From contig JAPPPQ010000023.1 of NCBI GenBank assembly GCA_028817435.1, positions 58,836 to 122,835 on the forward strand: 64,000 bases of DNA, in the 5' to 3' direction. Positions 9,297 to 17,958 of the stretch are shown here, piece by piece. The notes beneath the pieces are model-generated. The model was not told the origin of the DNA. It was given only the letters and a program-made list of their open reading frames with translations, and ran no database searches. Numbering within the stretch: the stretch's first letter is position 1; every line of letters begins with the position of its first letter. The DNA comes from Deltaproteobacteria bacterium. Lineage in GTDB: Bacteria; Myxococcota_A; UBA9160; UBA6930. The translations under genes and the position numbers were made by a program.

Positions 9297-10072
9297 AGCA
9301 GGCGCCGGACTATCCCGAGGGCCGCGGCCTTTTGGCGGGACGCCGCGTGGTGGTGACCGCCGCCGCCGGCACCGGCATTGGCTGGTGGGCTGCGCGGCGC
9401 TGCGCCGAAGAGGGCGCGCGGGTGCTCATCAGCGATCTGCACCAGCGCCGCCTGGGAGAAGCCGCCGCGCGCCTCGCAGAATTCAGCGGCGCGCCCCCGG
9501 CCACCTCGCTCTGCGATGTGACGCAGCAATCGCAGGTGGATGCGCTGCGCGATAGCGCCCTCGCTGCATTGGGCGGCGTGGATGTGCTCATTAACAACGC
9601 GGGCCTCGGCGGCTATGCGAAACTGGTGGAGATGCGGGATGAGCAGTGGCGCGCCGTGCTGGATGTGACGCTGAACGGAACCATGCGCGTTACCCGCGCC
9701 TTCCTTCCCCATATGATGGAGCGCGGCAGCGGCGCCATCGTCAACAACGCCTCGGTGCTGGGCTGGCGCGCGCAAGAGGGGCAGAGCCACTACGCCGCCG
9801 CCAAGGCCGGGGTCATGGCCTTCACCCGCTGCGTGGCGATGGAGGCCGCGCCCTTCGGCGTCCGCGTCAACGCCGTCGCGCCTTCGCTGGCTATGCACGA
9901 GTTTCTCTCGAAGGTGACGCCGGACAATTTGATCGAGCAGCTCACCCAACGCGAGGCATTTGGCCGCGCCGCCGAACCCTTCGAGGTGGCGAATGTGATG
10001 GTGTTTCTCGCCAGCGAGCTTTCCTCCTACATGACGGGCGAGGTAATTCCCGTTTCGAGCCAGCACCCATGA
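9293..10072 (+). CDS. SDR family oxidoreductase
   Basis: GTG 9293 overlaps the upstream TGA (GTGA). Rossmann VVVTAAAGTGIG; catalytic YAAAKAG. Confidence 0.8.
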   Translation: MKQAPDYPEGRGLLAGRRVVVTAAAGTGIGWWAARRCAEEGARVLISDLHQRRLGEAAARLAEFSGAPPATSLCDVTQQSQVDALRDSALAALGGVDVLINNAGLGGYAKLVEMRDEQWRAVLDVTLNGTMRVTRAFLPHMMERGSGAIVNNASVLGWRAQEGQSHYAAAKAGVMAFTRCVAMEAAPFGVRVNAVAPSLAMHEFLSKVTPDNLIEQLTQREAFGRAAEPFEVANVMVFLASELSSYMTGEVIPVSSQHP

Positions 10073-10100
10073 ACCGCGCTCCCGGCGCAAAGGAGATTCC

Positions 10101-10571
10101 ATGTCGCGCATTTTCGAGAATCCCGAAGCGTTGCTCGAAGCCGTCGGCAGCCAGCTCGGCCCCAGCGGCTGGCTCGAAATCGGCCAGCAGCGCATTGATC
10201 TCTTTGCCGAAGCCACCGGCGACCACCAGTGGATTCACACCGATCCCGAGCGCGCCAAAGACGGCCCCTTCGGCGGAACCATCGCCCATGGCTATCTGAC
10301 GGTCTCGCTGGTGAACCGCTTTCTGCCCGAACTGCTCGAAGTGCGCGGCGTCGCCATGGGCGTGAACTACGGGGCGGACCGGCTGCGCTTTCCCGCCCCG
10401 GTTCCCGCCGGCGCGCGCATTCGCGGCAAAGGCGAGGTGCTCGCAGCAGAGCGCGTCAAGGGCGGCGCGGTGCAAGTGACCATTCGCGTCACCGTCGAGA
10501 TTGAGGGCGGCGCGCGGCCCGCCTGCGTGGTGGATACCATCAGCCGCTTCGTTCCCGGAGGCTCCGCATGA
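10101..10571 (+). CDS. MaoC-like (R)-specific enoyl-CoA hydratase/dehydratase
   Basis: 156 aa; FAEATGDHQWIHTDPERA...GTIAHGYL hot-dog signature; AAGGAG RBS upstream. Confidence 0.8.
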   Translation: MSRIFENPEALLEAVGSQLGPSGWLEIGQQRIDLFAEATGDHQWIHTDPERAKDGPFGGTIAHGYLTVSLVNRFLPELLEVRGVAMGVNYGADRLRFPAPVPAGARIRGKGEVLAAERVKGGAVQVTIRVTVEIEGGARPACVVDTISRFVPGGSA

Positions 10572-11440
10572 AATTCTGGCAAGTGCTTTCTTTCTCGGAA
10601 CCCGGGCAACTGGTGGAGCTGGCGGCGGCGGCCGAGCAGGCCGGCTTTCACGGCGTGCTGCTCTCGGACCATTTGTTCTTTCCGGGGCGGCTGGAATCGA
10701 AGTATCCCTACTCAGAGGACGGCAAGCCCGGTTTCGATGGGTCTGCGCCCTTTCCCGATCCTTGGACAGCCATTGCGGCCATGTCGCAAGCGGCGCGGCG
10801 GCTGCACTTTTCCACGCTGGTCTTTATTTTGCCGCTGCGCGAGCCGCTGCAACTGGCGAAGACTCTCGGCACCCTGGCGTTGCTGACGGGCGGCCGCGTG
10901 ATTCTTGGCGCGGGGGCGGGCTGGGTGCGCGAGGAATTTGACACCCTCGGCATTCCCTTCGAGACCCGCGGGCGGCGCATGAGCGAAATGGTGCAGGTGC
11001 TGCGCCTGTTGTGGCGCGGCGAAATGGCCGGGCACCACGGCGAGCACTTCGATTTCGCCCCGCTGCAGATGAGTCCCGCGCCGGGCTGCGAGATTCCCAT
11101 TTACTTCGGCGGGATTTCCGATGCGGCGCTGCGCCGCGCGGCTTCGCTGGGCGACGGCTGGTTCGGCACCGGGCAGACTCCCGAACAGGCCGCCGCGTTG
11201 CTGGATCGGCTGGCCGCCGCGCTGCGCGAGGCGGGCCGCGCCAATGCGCCCTTCGAGCGCATCGTCCCGCTCAGCGTGCCGCTGGAGCCGGATTTGCTGC
11301 GCCGGCTCGAAGCCGGGCACGGCCTGACCGGCGCTACCTGCTGGCCCTTCCACTACACCCTGGGCCCTGGGGCCACCCTGCAGCAAAAGCGCGACTGGAT
11401 GCTGCGCTTCGGCGAAGAAGTCATCGCCCAATTTCGCTGA
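10568..11440 (+). CDS. Luciferase-like monooxygenase (LLM) class flavin/F420-dependent oxidoreductase
   Basis: MKFWQVLSFSEPGQLVELAAAAEQAGFHGVLLSDHLFFP pattern typical of LLM proteins; ATGA overlap with the MaoC gene. Confidence 0.7.
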   Translation: MKFWQVLSFSEPGQLVELAAAAEQAGFHGVLLSDHLFFPGRLESKYPYSEDGKPGFDGSAPFPDPWTAIAAMSQAARRLHFSTLVFILPLREPLQLAKTLGTLALLTGGRVILGAGAGWVREEFDTLGIPFETRGRRMSEMVQVLRLLWRGEMAGHHGEHFDFAPLQMSPAPGCEIPIYFGGISDAALRRAASLGDGWFGTGQTPEQAAALLDRLAAALREAGRANAPFERIVPLSVPLEPDLLRRLEAGHGLTGATCWPFHYTLGPGATLQQKRDWMLRFGEEVIAQFR

Positions 11441-11485
11441 TTCGCCGGCCGTGCGCCGCGCCGCGAGCCGTGCCACACTGCGGCC

Positions 11486-12682
11486 ATGGCGATGGGTGAT
11501 CTCAAAGCGCTGCTGGCTGCGGCCCACGCCGTGCAGCCCGAGGTGGTGTCGCTGCGCCGCCGCATTCACGCCGAGCCCGAGCTGGGGCTCGAGCTGCCCG
11601 CCACCCGCGCGAAGATTCTCGAAGCGCTGGACGGCCTGCCCCTTGAGATTGCGCTGCACGAAAGCTGCAGCGGAGTTGTCGCGACCCTGCGCGGCGCGGC
11701 GGATGGGCCGACGCTGTTGCTGCGCGGCGATATGGACGCGCTGCCCATGCCCGAAGACACCGGCCTGCCCTTTCGCTCGCAGCGCGAAGGCGTCATGCAC
11801 GCCTGCGGCCACGATTCTCATGTGGCCATGCTGGCGGGCGCGGCAAAATTGCTGTGCGAGCGCCGGGAATCTCTGCGGGGCCAGGTGGTGTTTTTGTTTC
11901 AGCCCGGCGAAGAGGGCTTTGCCGGCGCAAAGCTCATGCTCGAAGAAGGATTGCCGAATTTCGATAGCGCCTTCGCCATTCACATCAGCCCGCTGCTGCC
12001 CTGCGGAACCATCGCCACGCGGCCGGGGCCTATTTTGGCATCGGCGGATTTCTTCGAGTGCGTGGTGCGCGGGCGCGGCGGCCACGCTTCCATGCCCCAC
12101 GATTGCCGCGACCCGATTCCCGCCGCCGCCGAGATGATCGGCGCGCTGCAGACTTTTGTGGGCCGCGAGGTGCCGGCGTCGGACCCCGCCGTGCTCAGCG
12201 TCTCGAAGATTCGCGGCGGCACGGCGGCGAATGTGATTCCCGAATCCGTCGAGCTCGCCGGCACCATCCGCGCGCTCTCCCGGCAGACCCGCGAAAAGGT
12301 GCACGAGGGATTGCACCGGGTGATTGCGGGAATCGCCGCCGCCCACGGCGTGGAGGCCGAGGTGGATCTGCAGCTCGGCTACCCGGTTACGGAGAATGAC
12401 GCCGCTTTCGAGGGCTTTGCGCGCGGCGTGGGACGCGAACTGCTCGGCCCGGCCGGTGTGTTCGAGATGCCCGCGCCGATGATGGGCGCGGAGGACTTTT
12501 CCTACATTCTGCAGCGCGCGCCTGGTGCCATGGTGTTTCTGGGCGTGCGGCCCGAGGGCGAGCGCAACCCCGCCCCGTGCCACTCGAACCGCATGCTGCT
12601 CGCCGAAGAGGGCATGGCCTTCGGCGCGGCGCTGCACACCGCGGTGGCGCTGCGCTTCTTCGAAGAGCGCGCCCGCGCCTGA
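11486..12682 (+). CDS. M20 family amidohydrolase (N-acyl-amino acid amidohydrolase / hippurate hydrolase-like)
   Basis: HACGHDSHVAMLAGAAKLL metal-binding block; FQPGEEG; GAEDFSY. Confidence 0.8.
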   Translation: MAMGDLKALLAAAHAVQPEVVSLRRRIHAEPELGLELPATRAKILEALDGLPLEIALHESCSGVVATLRGAADGPTLLLRGDMDALPMPEDTGLPFRSQREGVMHACGHDSHVAMLAGAAKLLCERRESLRGQVVFLFQPGEEGFAGAKLMLEEGLPNFDSAFAIHISPLLPCGTIATRPGPILASADFFECVVRGRGGHASMPHDCRDPIPAAAEMIGALQTFVGREVPASDPAVLSVSKIRGGTAANVIPESVELAGTIRALSRQTREKVHEGLHRVIAGIAAAHGVEAEVDLQLGYPVTENDAAFEGFARGVGRELLGPAGVFEMPAPMMGAEDFSYILQRAPGAMVFLGVRPEGERNPAPCHSNRMLLAEEGMAFGAALHTAVALRFFEERARA

Positions 12683-12684
12683 GA

Positions 12685-13110
12685 TTACGGCGCGCGCAGC
12701 GGCGCGGCTGCATCCAAATCTACGCAATGCTCTTGCCGGCAGGCCAGGCGCTCCGGCGGCGCGATGAATTCGCAATCGGAAACTGCGAGCGAGCGGCGGT
12801 TGAGCGCAGACTCGAGCGCGCGGTGCTCGCGCACTTTCGCCTGGAATTGCGCGGAGTCGATTCCATCTTGCGAATAGATGAGGTAGCTCCAAGGCCCGCC
12901 GCATGGCTTTGCGCCGATTGGCAGCGCGCGGCAGTGGCGGTCTGCGCTGCAGCGCGATTCGCCGGCCAGCGTCTGAATCTCATTCCACCGCGCGGCGAGC
13001 CGCGCGCTGTCTGCCGCAAACTCTTCAGCGGGCTGCGGCGGGTTTGCCGCCTGGTGCAGGCCGCAGGCGATCAGCAGGGCGGGCAGCGCCGCCGTCAAAA
13101 GCGCTCTCAT
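12685..13110 (-). CDS. Cys-rich putative lipoprotein, unknown function
   Basis: Only the last 141 codons of the 912-aa track ORF look real. MRALLTAALPALLIAC has a lipobox (LIAC). Alternative ATG at 13122. Confidence 0.5.
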   Translation of the reverse strand: MRALLTAALPALLIACGLHQAANPPQPAEEFAADSARLAARWNEIQTLAGESRCSADRHCRALPIGAKPCGGPWSYLIYSQDGIDSAQFQAKVREHRALESALNRRSLAVSDCEFIAPPERLACRQEHCVDLDAAAPLRAP

Positions 13111-13155
13111 TTCGGGTAGCATACCCGAGGCCGCCCGCAGGCGGTGGAGGCGAAG

Positions 13156-14094
13156 ATGCGCGCGGTGCGCTGCCGGGGCAGTGAGGTTGAGGTGGTGGAG
13201 ATTCCGCCGCCCGCGGGAGATGGCGTCCGCGTTCGCGTGCGCTCGGCGGGCATTTGCGGTTCGGATTTGCACATGGTGCGCGGCGCGCTGCTCGGCGATG
13301 TGACGCTGGGCCACGAGATTGCGGGCATTGCAGAGGACGGCACGCCGGTGGCGGTGGAGCCTCTGGACATTTGCGGCGAATGCGCGGAGTGCCGCCGCGG
13401 CGATTACAACCTGTGCTGCAAGGGCCCGCGGGTGCACGGCGCATCGCTGAACGGCGGCATGGCCGAGGAAATGCTGGTGCCCGCCCGCGCGCTGGCGCCG
13501 CTGCCCGCGGGTCTCGCCCTGCGCAACGCCTGTCTGGCAGAGCCCCTCGCCGTGGCGGTGCACGGCCTGCGCCGGGCGGGGCTGCGCGGAGATCAGCTCG
13601 TGGCAGTGGTGGGCGGCGGCGCCATTGGTTTGTGCGCGGTGGCGGTGGCCCGCGCGGCCGGCGCGCGGGTTGCATTGTCCGCGCGCCACGATGCGCAGCG
13701 CGAAGCGGGTGCAAGGCTCGGCGCAACGCAGCTCGGCGAAGAGGGCAACTTCGATCTGGTGGTGGAAGCGGCGGGCAGCGAAAGCGCGCTGGCGGAATCC
13801 GTGCGCCTGTCCCGGCCGGGGGGCTGCGTGTGCATCGTCGGCAGTTACTGGTCTCCCGTCGCGCTGCCCGGCTTCGAGGCCTGCATGCGCGAGGTGACGC
13901 TGGCGCCGGCTTTCATGTATGGCCGCGGCGGCGCGCAGCGCGACATCGAAGCCGCCGTCGCGTTGCTCGCCGCAAATCCCGAGCTTCCCGCTGCGCTCAT
14001 TACCCACCGCTTTCCGCTCGATGCCGCGGTGCAGGCTTTCGACACGGCGGCGGACCGCGCCGCCGGCGCGCTCAAGGTGGTGCTCGAACCCTAG
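13156..14094 (+). CDS. Zinc-dependent alcohol dehydrogenase family (MDR) oxidoreductase
   Basis: AGICGSDLH and GHEIAG zinc motifs; GGGAIG Rossmann. GGAGG (13146-13150) precedes ATG 13156 (track start 13144 is GTG). Confidence 0.8.
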   Translation: MRAVRCRGSEVEVVEIPPPAGDGVRVRVRSAGICGSDLHMVRGALLGDVTLGHEIAGIAEDGTPVAVEPLDICGECAECRRGDYNLCCKGPRVHGASLNGGMAEEMLVPARALAPLPAGLALRNACLAEPLAVAVHGLRRAGLRGDQLVAVVGGGAIGLCAVAVARAAGARVALSARHDAQREAGARLGATQLGEEGNFDLVVEAAGSESALAESVRLSRPGGCVCIVGSYWSPVALPGFEACMREVTLAPAFMYGRGGAQRDIEAAVALLAANPELPAALITHRFPLDAAVQAFDTAADRAAGALKVVLEP

Positions 14095-15629
14095 GGGCGG
14101 GCCCAGCGCTCGAGCAGGGCGCGCTCTTCTTCCAGCGGCGCTTCGACCAGCTCGCACTGCCTGCCGAGCGCCATGGTCTGGCGGCGCAGCGGATCGTAGG
14201 CGGGCCACTCCGGCAGTTCGGCATGGCCGGGCTCGCCGCTGCGGCAGAACTGCAGCCAGGAATCCTGCAGGCTGCGCGACAGTTTGCGCGCGGCTGCATT
14301 CAACCCGGTGAGCGGGCGCGCCAGCGGGTGGCCGGTGCTGCCGAACAAAAAGGGAATGTCTATGGCGTGGCATGCGCCCAGTGCGCGCCGCGCCGCCGGT
14401 GCGCGCCAGGTGAAGAGATAGGAATGCGCCGCGCCGCCGCCGCTGCACTGCGCTTCGGCCAGCCGCGCCGAGGGCCAATGAAACACGCGCGCCGTCTGAA
14501 AAGCGTGCCAGGTCCAGCGCTCGCGCTGCGCCGCGCTGCGCTCGCCCAGCGCGTGGCGGAAGAAGCGCGCCGCGGCGCTGGGCGGCGGCGAGTTCGGCAG
14601 ATCCGGCAACACCTCGGCGAAGCGCGAGACGAGTTCTTCTTCGCCGAAAGGCGCCATGCCGCCATCGAAGATTCCAAAGAGCTTCCATTCTTCCAGCGTC
14701 GCGCCGGTGAGGATGGGAATTTGCGCCGCCGATCCGCGCCGCAGCGCCACCAGGGGCGGCTCGGGAATCACATCGAGATCCACCACCGGCAAAAAGATCA
14801 TCAGCGTCCGCAAATCGCCGAGGCGGCGGTAGAGTTCGCGCTGCACCTGCAGCAGGCGCGGCAGCGGCAGGCGGCCCAGCACTGCGGGCGCGGGGGCCGG
14901 CCCGCCCAGTGCATCGAGCAGCGCCTCCGCCACCAGGTAGCCCTCGTTGGGGTTGATTACATGATCGCCCGCGCCGCTCATGCAGATGGCGCGGTGAAAG
15001 AGGCCGCGCGCGCGGGGCGCGGCGAGCAGTGCGCCCACGCTCATGCCACCGGCGGATTGCCCGACCACCGTGACATTGCCCGGGTCGCCGCCGAAGCGCT
15101 CGATGTTCTCGCGCACCCATTCCAGCGCGGCGATCTGATCGCGGATGCCGAGGTTGGTGGTTTCGGGCAAATCGTCGGGATAGACCAGGCCGAGGTGCGC
15201 GAAGCCCAGCGCGCCCAGCCGATAGTTGATGGTGACCACCACGGCCTCGCCGCGCTGGGCCAACTGCGCGCCGTCGTAGATGGGCGTGGCGCCCGAGCCC
15301 ACCAGAAAGCCGCCGCCGTGAATCCACACCAGCACCGGGCGGCGCGCGCCGTCCAGCGCGGGCGTCCAGATATTGAGGTTCAGGCAGTCTTCGCCCTGTG
15401 CGCCCGCCGCCGCGCTGATCCAACTGAAGGCGGGCATTGAGAATTGCGGCGCAGCCATGCCGGAGCGCGTGGCGTCGCGCACGCCTGTCCAGGGCTCATG
15501 CGGTTGCGGCGCCAAAAAGCGCCGCGCTCCCTGCGGCGGCGCTGCAAAGGGCACGCCGCGAAACACCAGCCCCGAGCGCCGCGCCTGCCCCCGCACCCGC
15601 CCCGTGCAGGTTTCCGCAATTGCTTCCAA
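14091..15629 (-). CDS. Carboxylesterase type B (para-nitrobenzyl esterase-like)
   Basis: 512 aa; VWIHGGGF oxyanion block; nucleophile elbow GQSAGG. Confidence 0.85.
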   Translation of the reverse strand: MEAIAETCTGRVRGQARRSGLVFRGVPFAAPPQGARRFLAPQPHEPWTGVRDATRSGMAAPQFSMPAFSWISAAAGAQGEDCLNLNIWTPALDGARRPVLVWIHGGGFLVGSGATPIYDGAQLAQRGEAVVVTINYRLGALGFAHLGLVYPDDLPETTNLGIRDQIAALEWVRENIERFGGDPGNVTVVGQSAGGMSVGALLAAPRARGLFHRAICMSGAGDHVINPNEGYLVAEALLDALGGPAPAPAVLGRLPLPRLLQVQRELYRRLGDLRTLMIFLPVVDLDVIPEPPLVALRRGSAAQIPILTGATLEEWKLFGIFDGGMAPFGEEELVSRFAEVLPDLPNSPPPSAAARFFRHALGERSAAQRERWTWHAFQTARVFHWPSARLAEAQCSGGGAAHSYLFTWRAPAARRALGACHAIDIPFLFGSTGHPLARPLTGLNAAARKLSRSLQDSWLQFCRSGEPGHAELPEWPAYDPLRRQTMALGRQCELVEAPLEEERALLERWARP

Positions 15630-15835
15630 TTCCCCTCCCGAAACCAGGGCATTCTAACAAACGCAGTGGCGAATGCAGCCGCGCGGCGATCCTCCACCAC
15701 CGCAAAGCGAAACGCCCCCGCTCTGCGCCCCGTCTATGGGCCAGCGATGGCTCGAAGACGGGGTTTGCGGGGTAGCTGCCCGTCCGGTAATGATAGGCGT
15801 CGAGCAGGGGACTGCTGGAATCTTGGAGGCTTGTC

Positions 15836-15874
15836 ATGAAGGTTGGCCCGGACAAGTGGGCGGCGCGCCCGTGA
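15836..15874 (+). other. 12-codon upstream ORF (MKVGPDKWAARP) with a strong SD whose stop overlaps the hsdS GTG; alternatively the true hsdS 5' end displaced by a 1-nt frameshift
   Basis: GGAGG at 15825-15829, 6 nt before ATG 15836. TGA 15872-15874 overlaps GTG 15871-15873 (GTGA). Confidence 0.35.
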
Positions 15875-17010
15875 GGCGGGAATTGCCGCCGGGGTGGGAA
15901 CGGGTTTCGCTTGATGCGGTGTGTTTGGAAGATCGGCGGGGAATTGATGGGGCATCGGGCGAGGCGGCGGGATTGCCTTATTTGGGTTTGGAGAATGTTG
16001 AGAGTAGGTCTGGAAAGATCGCCATGGAGAAGGATTCCAATTCGAGGGGAATCAGCACTTGCTTTCGGTTTGGGCCGGAGCACATTTTGTATGGGAAGTT
16101 GCGGCCTTATCTGAATAAGGTTGCTCTGCCGAATTTCCAGGGGCGGTGCACTACCGAATTGATACCGCTGCTGCCGAAGCGGAACATTCACCGGGAATTT
16201 CTGGCTCTGTGGCTCCGGCGGCCCGAAACGGTGGATTGGGTAATGCGCGAGAAGACCGGCTCCCGAATGCCCCGAGCTAATATGAAGCGGCTGATGCAGC
16301 TCGAGGTTTTGCTTCCGCCTCTTTCCGAGCAAAATCGAATTGTTGAGATTCTCGAAAATGAAATGGTGGCAGTGGAGAGGGCGCGTGGGGCGTCGCTGGA
16401 TCGGGTTGAGGCTGCTCGGGCGTTGAGGGCGGCATTCTTGCGCGAAGTGTTTGAATTCGGCACCGGAGAATTGCCTTCTGGATGGGAACGGCGCGCCCTG
16501 GGTAATCTCTGCGAAGTGAAGCGCGGGAAGCCTATCACGAGAAAGGGAATCACGCCGGGGGACATTCCCGTTATTGCTGGTGGACAACAGCCAGCCTACT
16601 ATCACAATCAAGCGAATCGAATGGGCGAGATAATCACCGTTAGTGGATCAGGGGCTTATGCCGGATTTGTCAAATTCTTTGATCGCCCGATATTTGCGTC
16701 AGATTGCTCGACTCTACAAGTCAAAGACGGGAAGGTGCAAATGATGTATATCTATATGGCGATGAAATGGCGGCAGCAGGACATTTATGACTTGCGATTG
16801 GGTGCGGCACAGCCTCATGTGTACCCGAAAGATGTTTCCAAAATTGAAATCCCTCTACCGCCCCTTGACGAGCAGCGGCAGATTGTCGCTGCTTTGAGCG
16901 CCAAGATGGCCGTTGCAGAACAGGCCAGCGCCGCGACCGAGGCGGAGCTGGAGGCGATTGAGGCGCTGCCGGGGGCGTTGTTGCGGCGGGCATTCAGCGG
17001 GGAGTTATAG
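15871..17010 (+). CDS. hsdS: Type I restriction-modification specificity subunit HsdS (two target-recognition domains)
   Basis: LPPGWERVSLDAV and second-half LPSGWERRALGNL. Conserved spacers LPPLSEQNRIVEILE and LPPLDEQRQIVAALS. No ATG in frame; GTG 15871 chosen. Lower G+C (27/60 and 33/60 in sampled lines versus 45/60 in the flanking esterase). Confidence 0.8.
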   Translation: MRRELPPGWERVSLDAVCLEDRRGIDGASGEAAGLPYLGLENVESRSGKIAMEKDSNSRGISTCFRFGPEHILYGKLRPYLNKVALPNFQGRCTTELIPLLPKRNIHREFLALWLRRPETVDWVMREKTGSRMPRANMKRLMQLEVLLPPLSEQNRIVEILENEMVAVERARGASLDRVEAARALRAAFLREVFEFGTGELPSGWERRALGNLCEVKRGKPITRKGITPGDIPVIAGGQQPAYYHNQANRMGEIITVSGSGAYAGFVKFFDRPIFASDCSTLQVKDGKVQMMYIYMAMKWRQQDIYDLRLGAAQPHVYPKDVSKIEIPLPPLDEQRQIVAALSAKMAVAEQASAATEAELEAIEALPGALLRRAFSGEL

Positions 17011-17875
17011 GCGGGCGGGTGGGCGCTGCGGTATGAAGCTGTTCGCAGTGCTCGAAGTGGGGTTGGTAGGGGGCGAGGCGGTGGGCCATGGTGCGGATTG
17101 CTTCGGGGTTGTTGTCCACCAGCAGGAAATTGCGGTTCAGCTTTGCGGCGGCTTCGCCCAGGGTTCCGCTGCCGGCGAAGAAATCTACCACGAGGTCTCC
17201 CGGATTCGTGTGGACTTTCACGATTCGCGTGGCGATACCCAAGGGCTTTTGTGTGGCATAGCCGGTCTTTTCTGCGCCGTTGGTGGGGACGATGGTGTGC
17301 CACCAGACATCCGTGGGCGTCTTGCCCCGCGCGGCTTTCTCGGGGCCTACCAGCCCTGGGGCCATGTAGGGAATGCGGTCCATTTCCTCGTAGTGAAAAA
17401 TGTAGTCGTTCGGGTCCTTGGCATACCAGAGAATGTTGTCGTGCTTGGCGGGCCAGCGCGAGCGCGAGCGGCCGCCGTAATCGTAGGCCCAGATAATCTC
17501 GTTCAGAAAGGAGGCGCGCCCGAAGATCTGATCGAGCAGCACCTTGCAGTAGTGAACCTCGCGGTAATCCACATGCAAGAAGAAAGAGCCATTGCTGCGC
17601 AGGATGCGGCGCGCCTCCAGAAAGCGCGGCCGCAGGAAGCCTTCGTAATCGCCGAAGGAATCGAGGTAGGAGGTCCGCCCCAGTTCCTCGCTGCGGTAGC
17701 GCTGGCCCTGAAAGCCGCGCCGGTCGCCCGATTTTGCGTCGCGCACCGTGCGCAGAGTCCGGCGCAGCTGCCTGCGCCCGGTGTTGAAGGGCGGATCAAT
17801 GTAGACGAGGGCGGCGCAGCCGTCCGGCACATCGGCCAGCGCTTCCAGGTTGTCCGAGAACACGACCTTCTTCAC
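16994..17875 (-). CDS. Beta-class N6-adenine/N4-cytosine DNA methyltransferase (DNA methylase N-4/N-6 type)
   Basis: 293 aa. Motif IV first (LVYIDPPFNTG), motif I near the C-terminus (VVDFFAGSGTLG). GTG start with a GGGAGAG SD. The 3' end overlaps the hsdS 3' end by 17 bp, convergently. Confidence 0.8.
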   Translation of the reverse strand: MKKVVFSDNLEALADVPDGCAALVYIDPPFNTGRRQLRRTLRTVRDAKSGDRRGFQGQRYRSEELGRTSYLDSFGDYEGFLRPRFLEARRILRSNGSFFLHVDYREVHYCKVLLDQIFGRASFLNEIIWAYDYGGRSRSRWPAKHDNILWYAKDPNDYIFHYEEMDRIPYMAPGLVGPEKAARGKTPTDVWWHTIVPTNGAEKTGYATQKPLGIATRIVKVHTNPGDLVVDFFAGSGTLGEAAAKLNRNFLLVDNNPEAIRTMAHRLAPYQPHFEHCEQLHTAAPTRPPITPR

Positions 17876-17958
17876 CGCTCTCTCCCGCGCAAGTTGCGGC
17901 GCGCGGGGGCAAGTGTATCACGGGGCGCGGGCGCGGGGCGAGTGCTACACCTGGCGTC

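Noticed and set aside
12685-15423. 912-aa minus-strand ORF
   Set aside because: A composite shadow frame running antisense to the alcohol dehydrogenase and out of frame through the esterase. Only its last 141 codons (lipobox protein, 12685-13110) look genuine.
15630-15870. 241-bp spacer left of islet B as a possible tRNA fragment, att site or truncated gene (minus-strand MTSLQDSSSPLLDAYHYRTGSYPANPVFEP...)
   Set aside because: No tRNA-like T-arm or acceptor sequence and no repeat matching the right flank (17876-17958). The minus-strand peptide runs into the esterase start region and has no recognisable family pattern.
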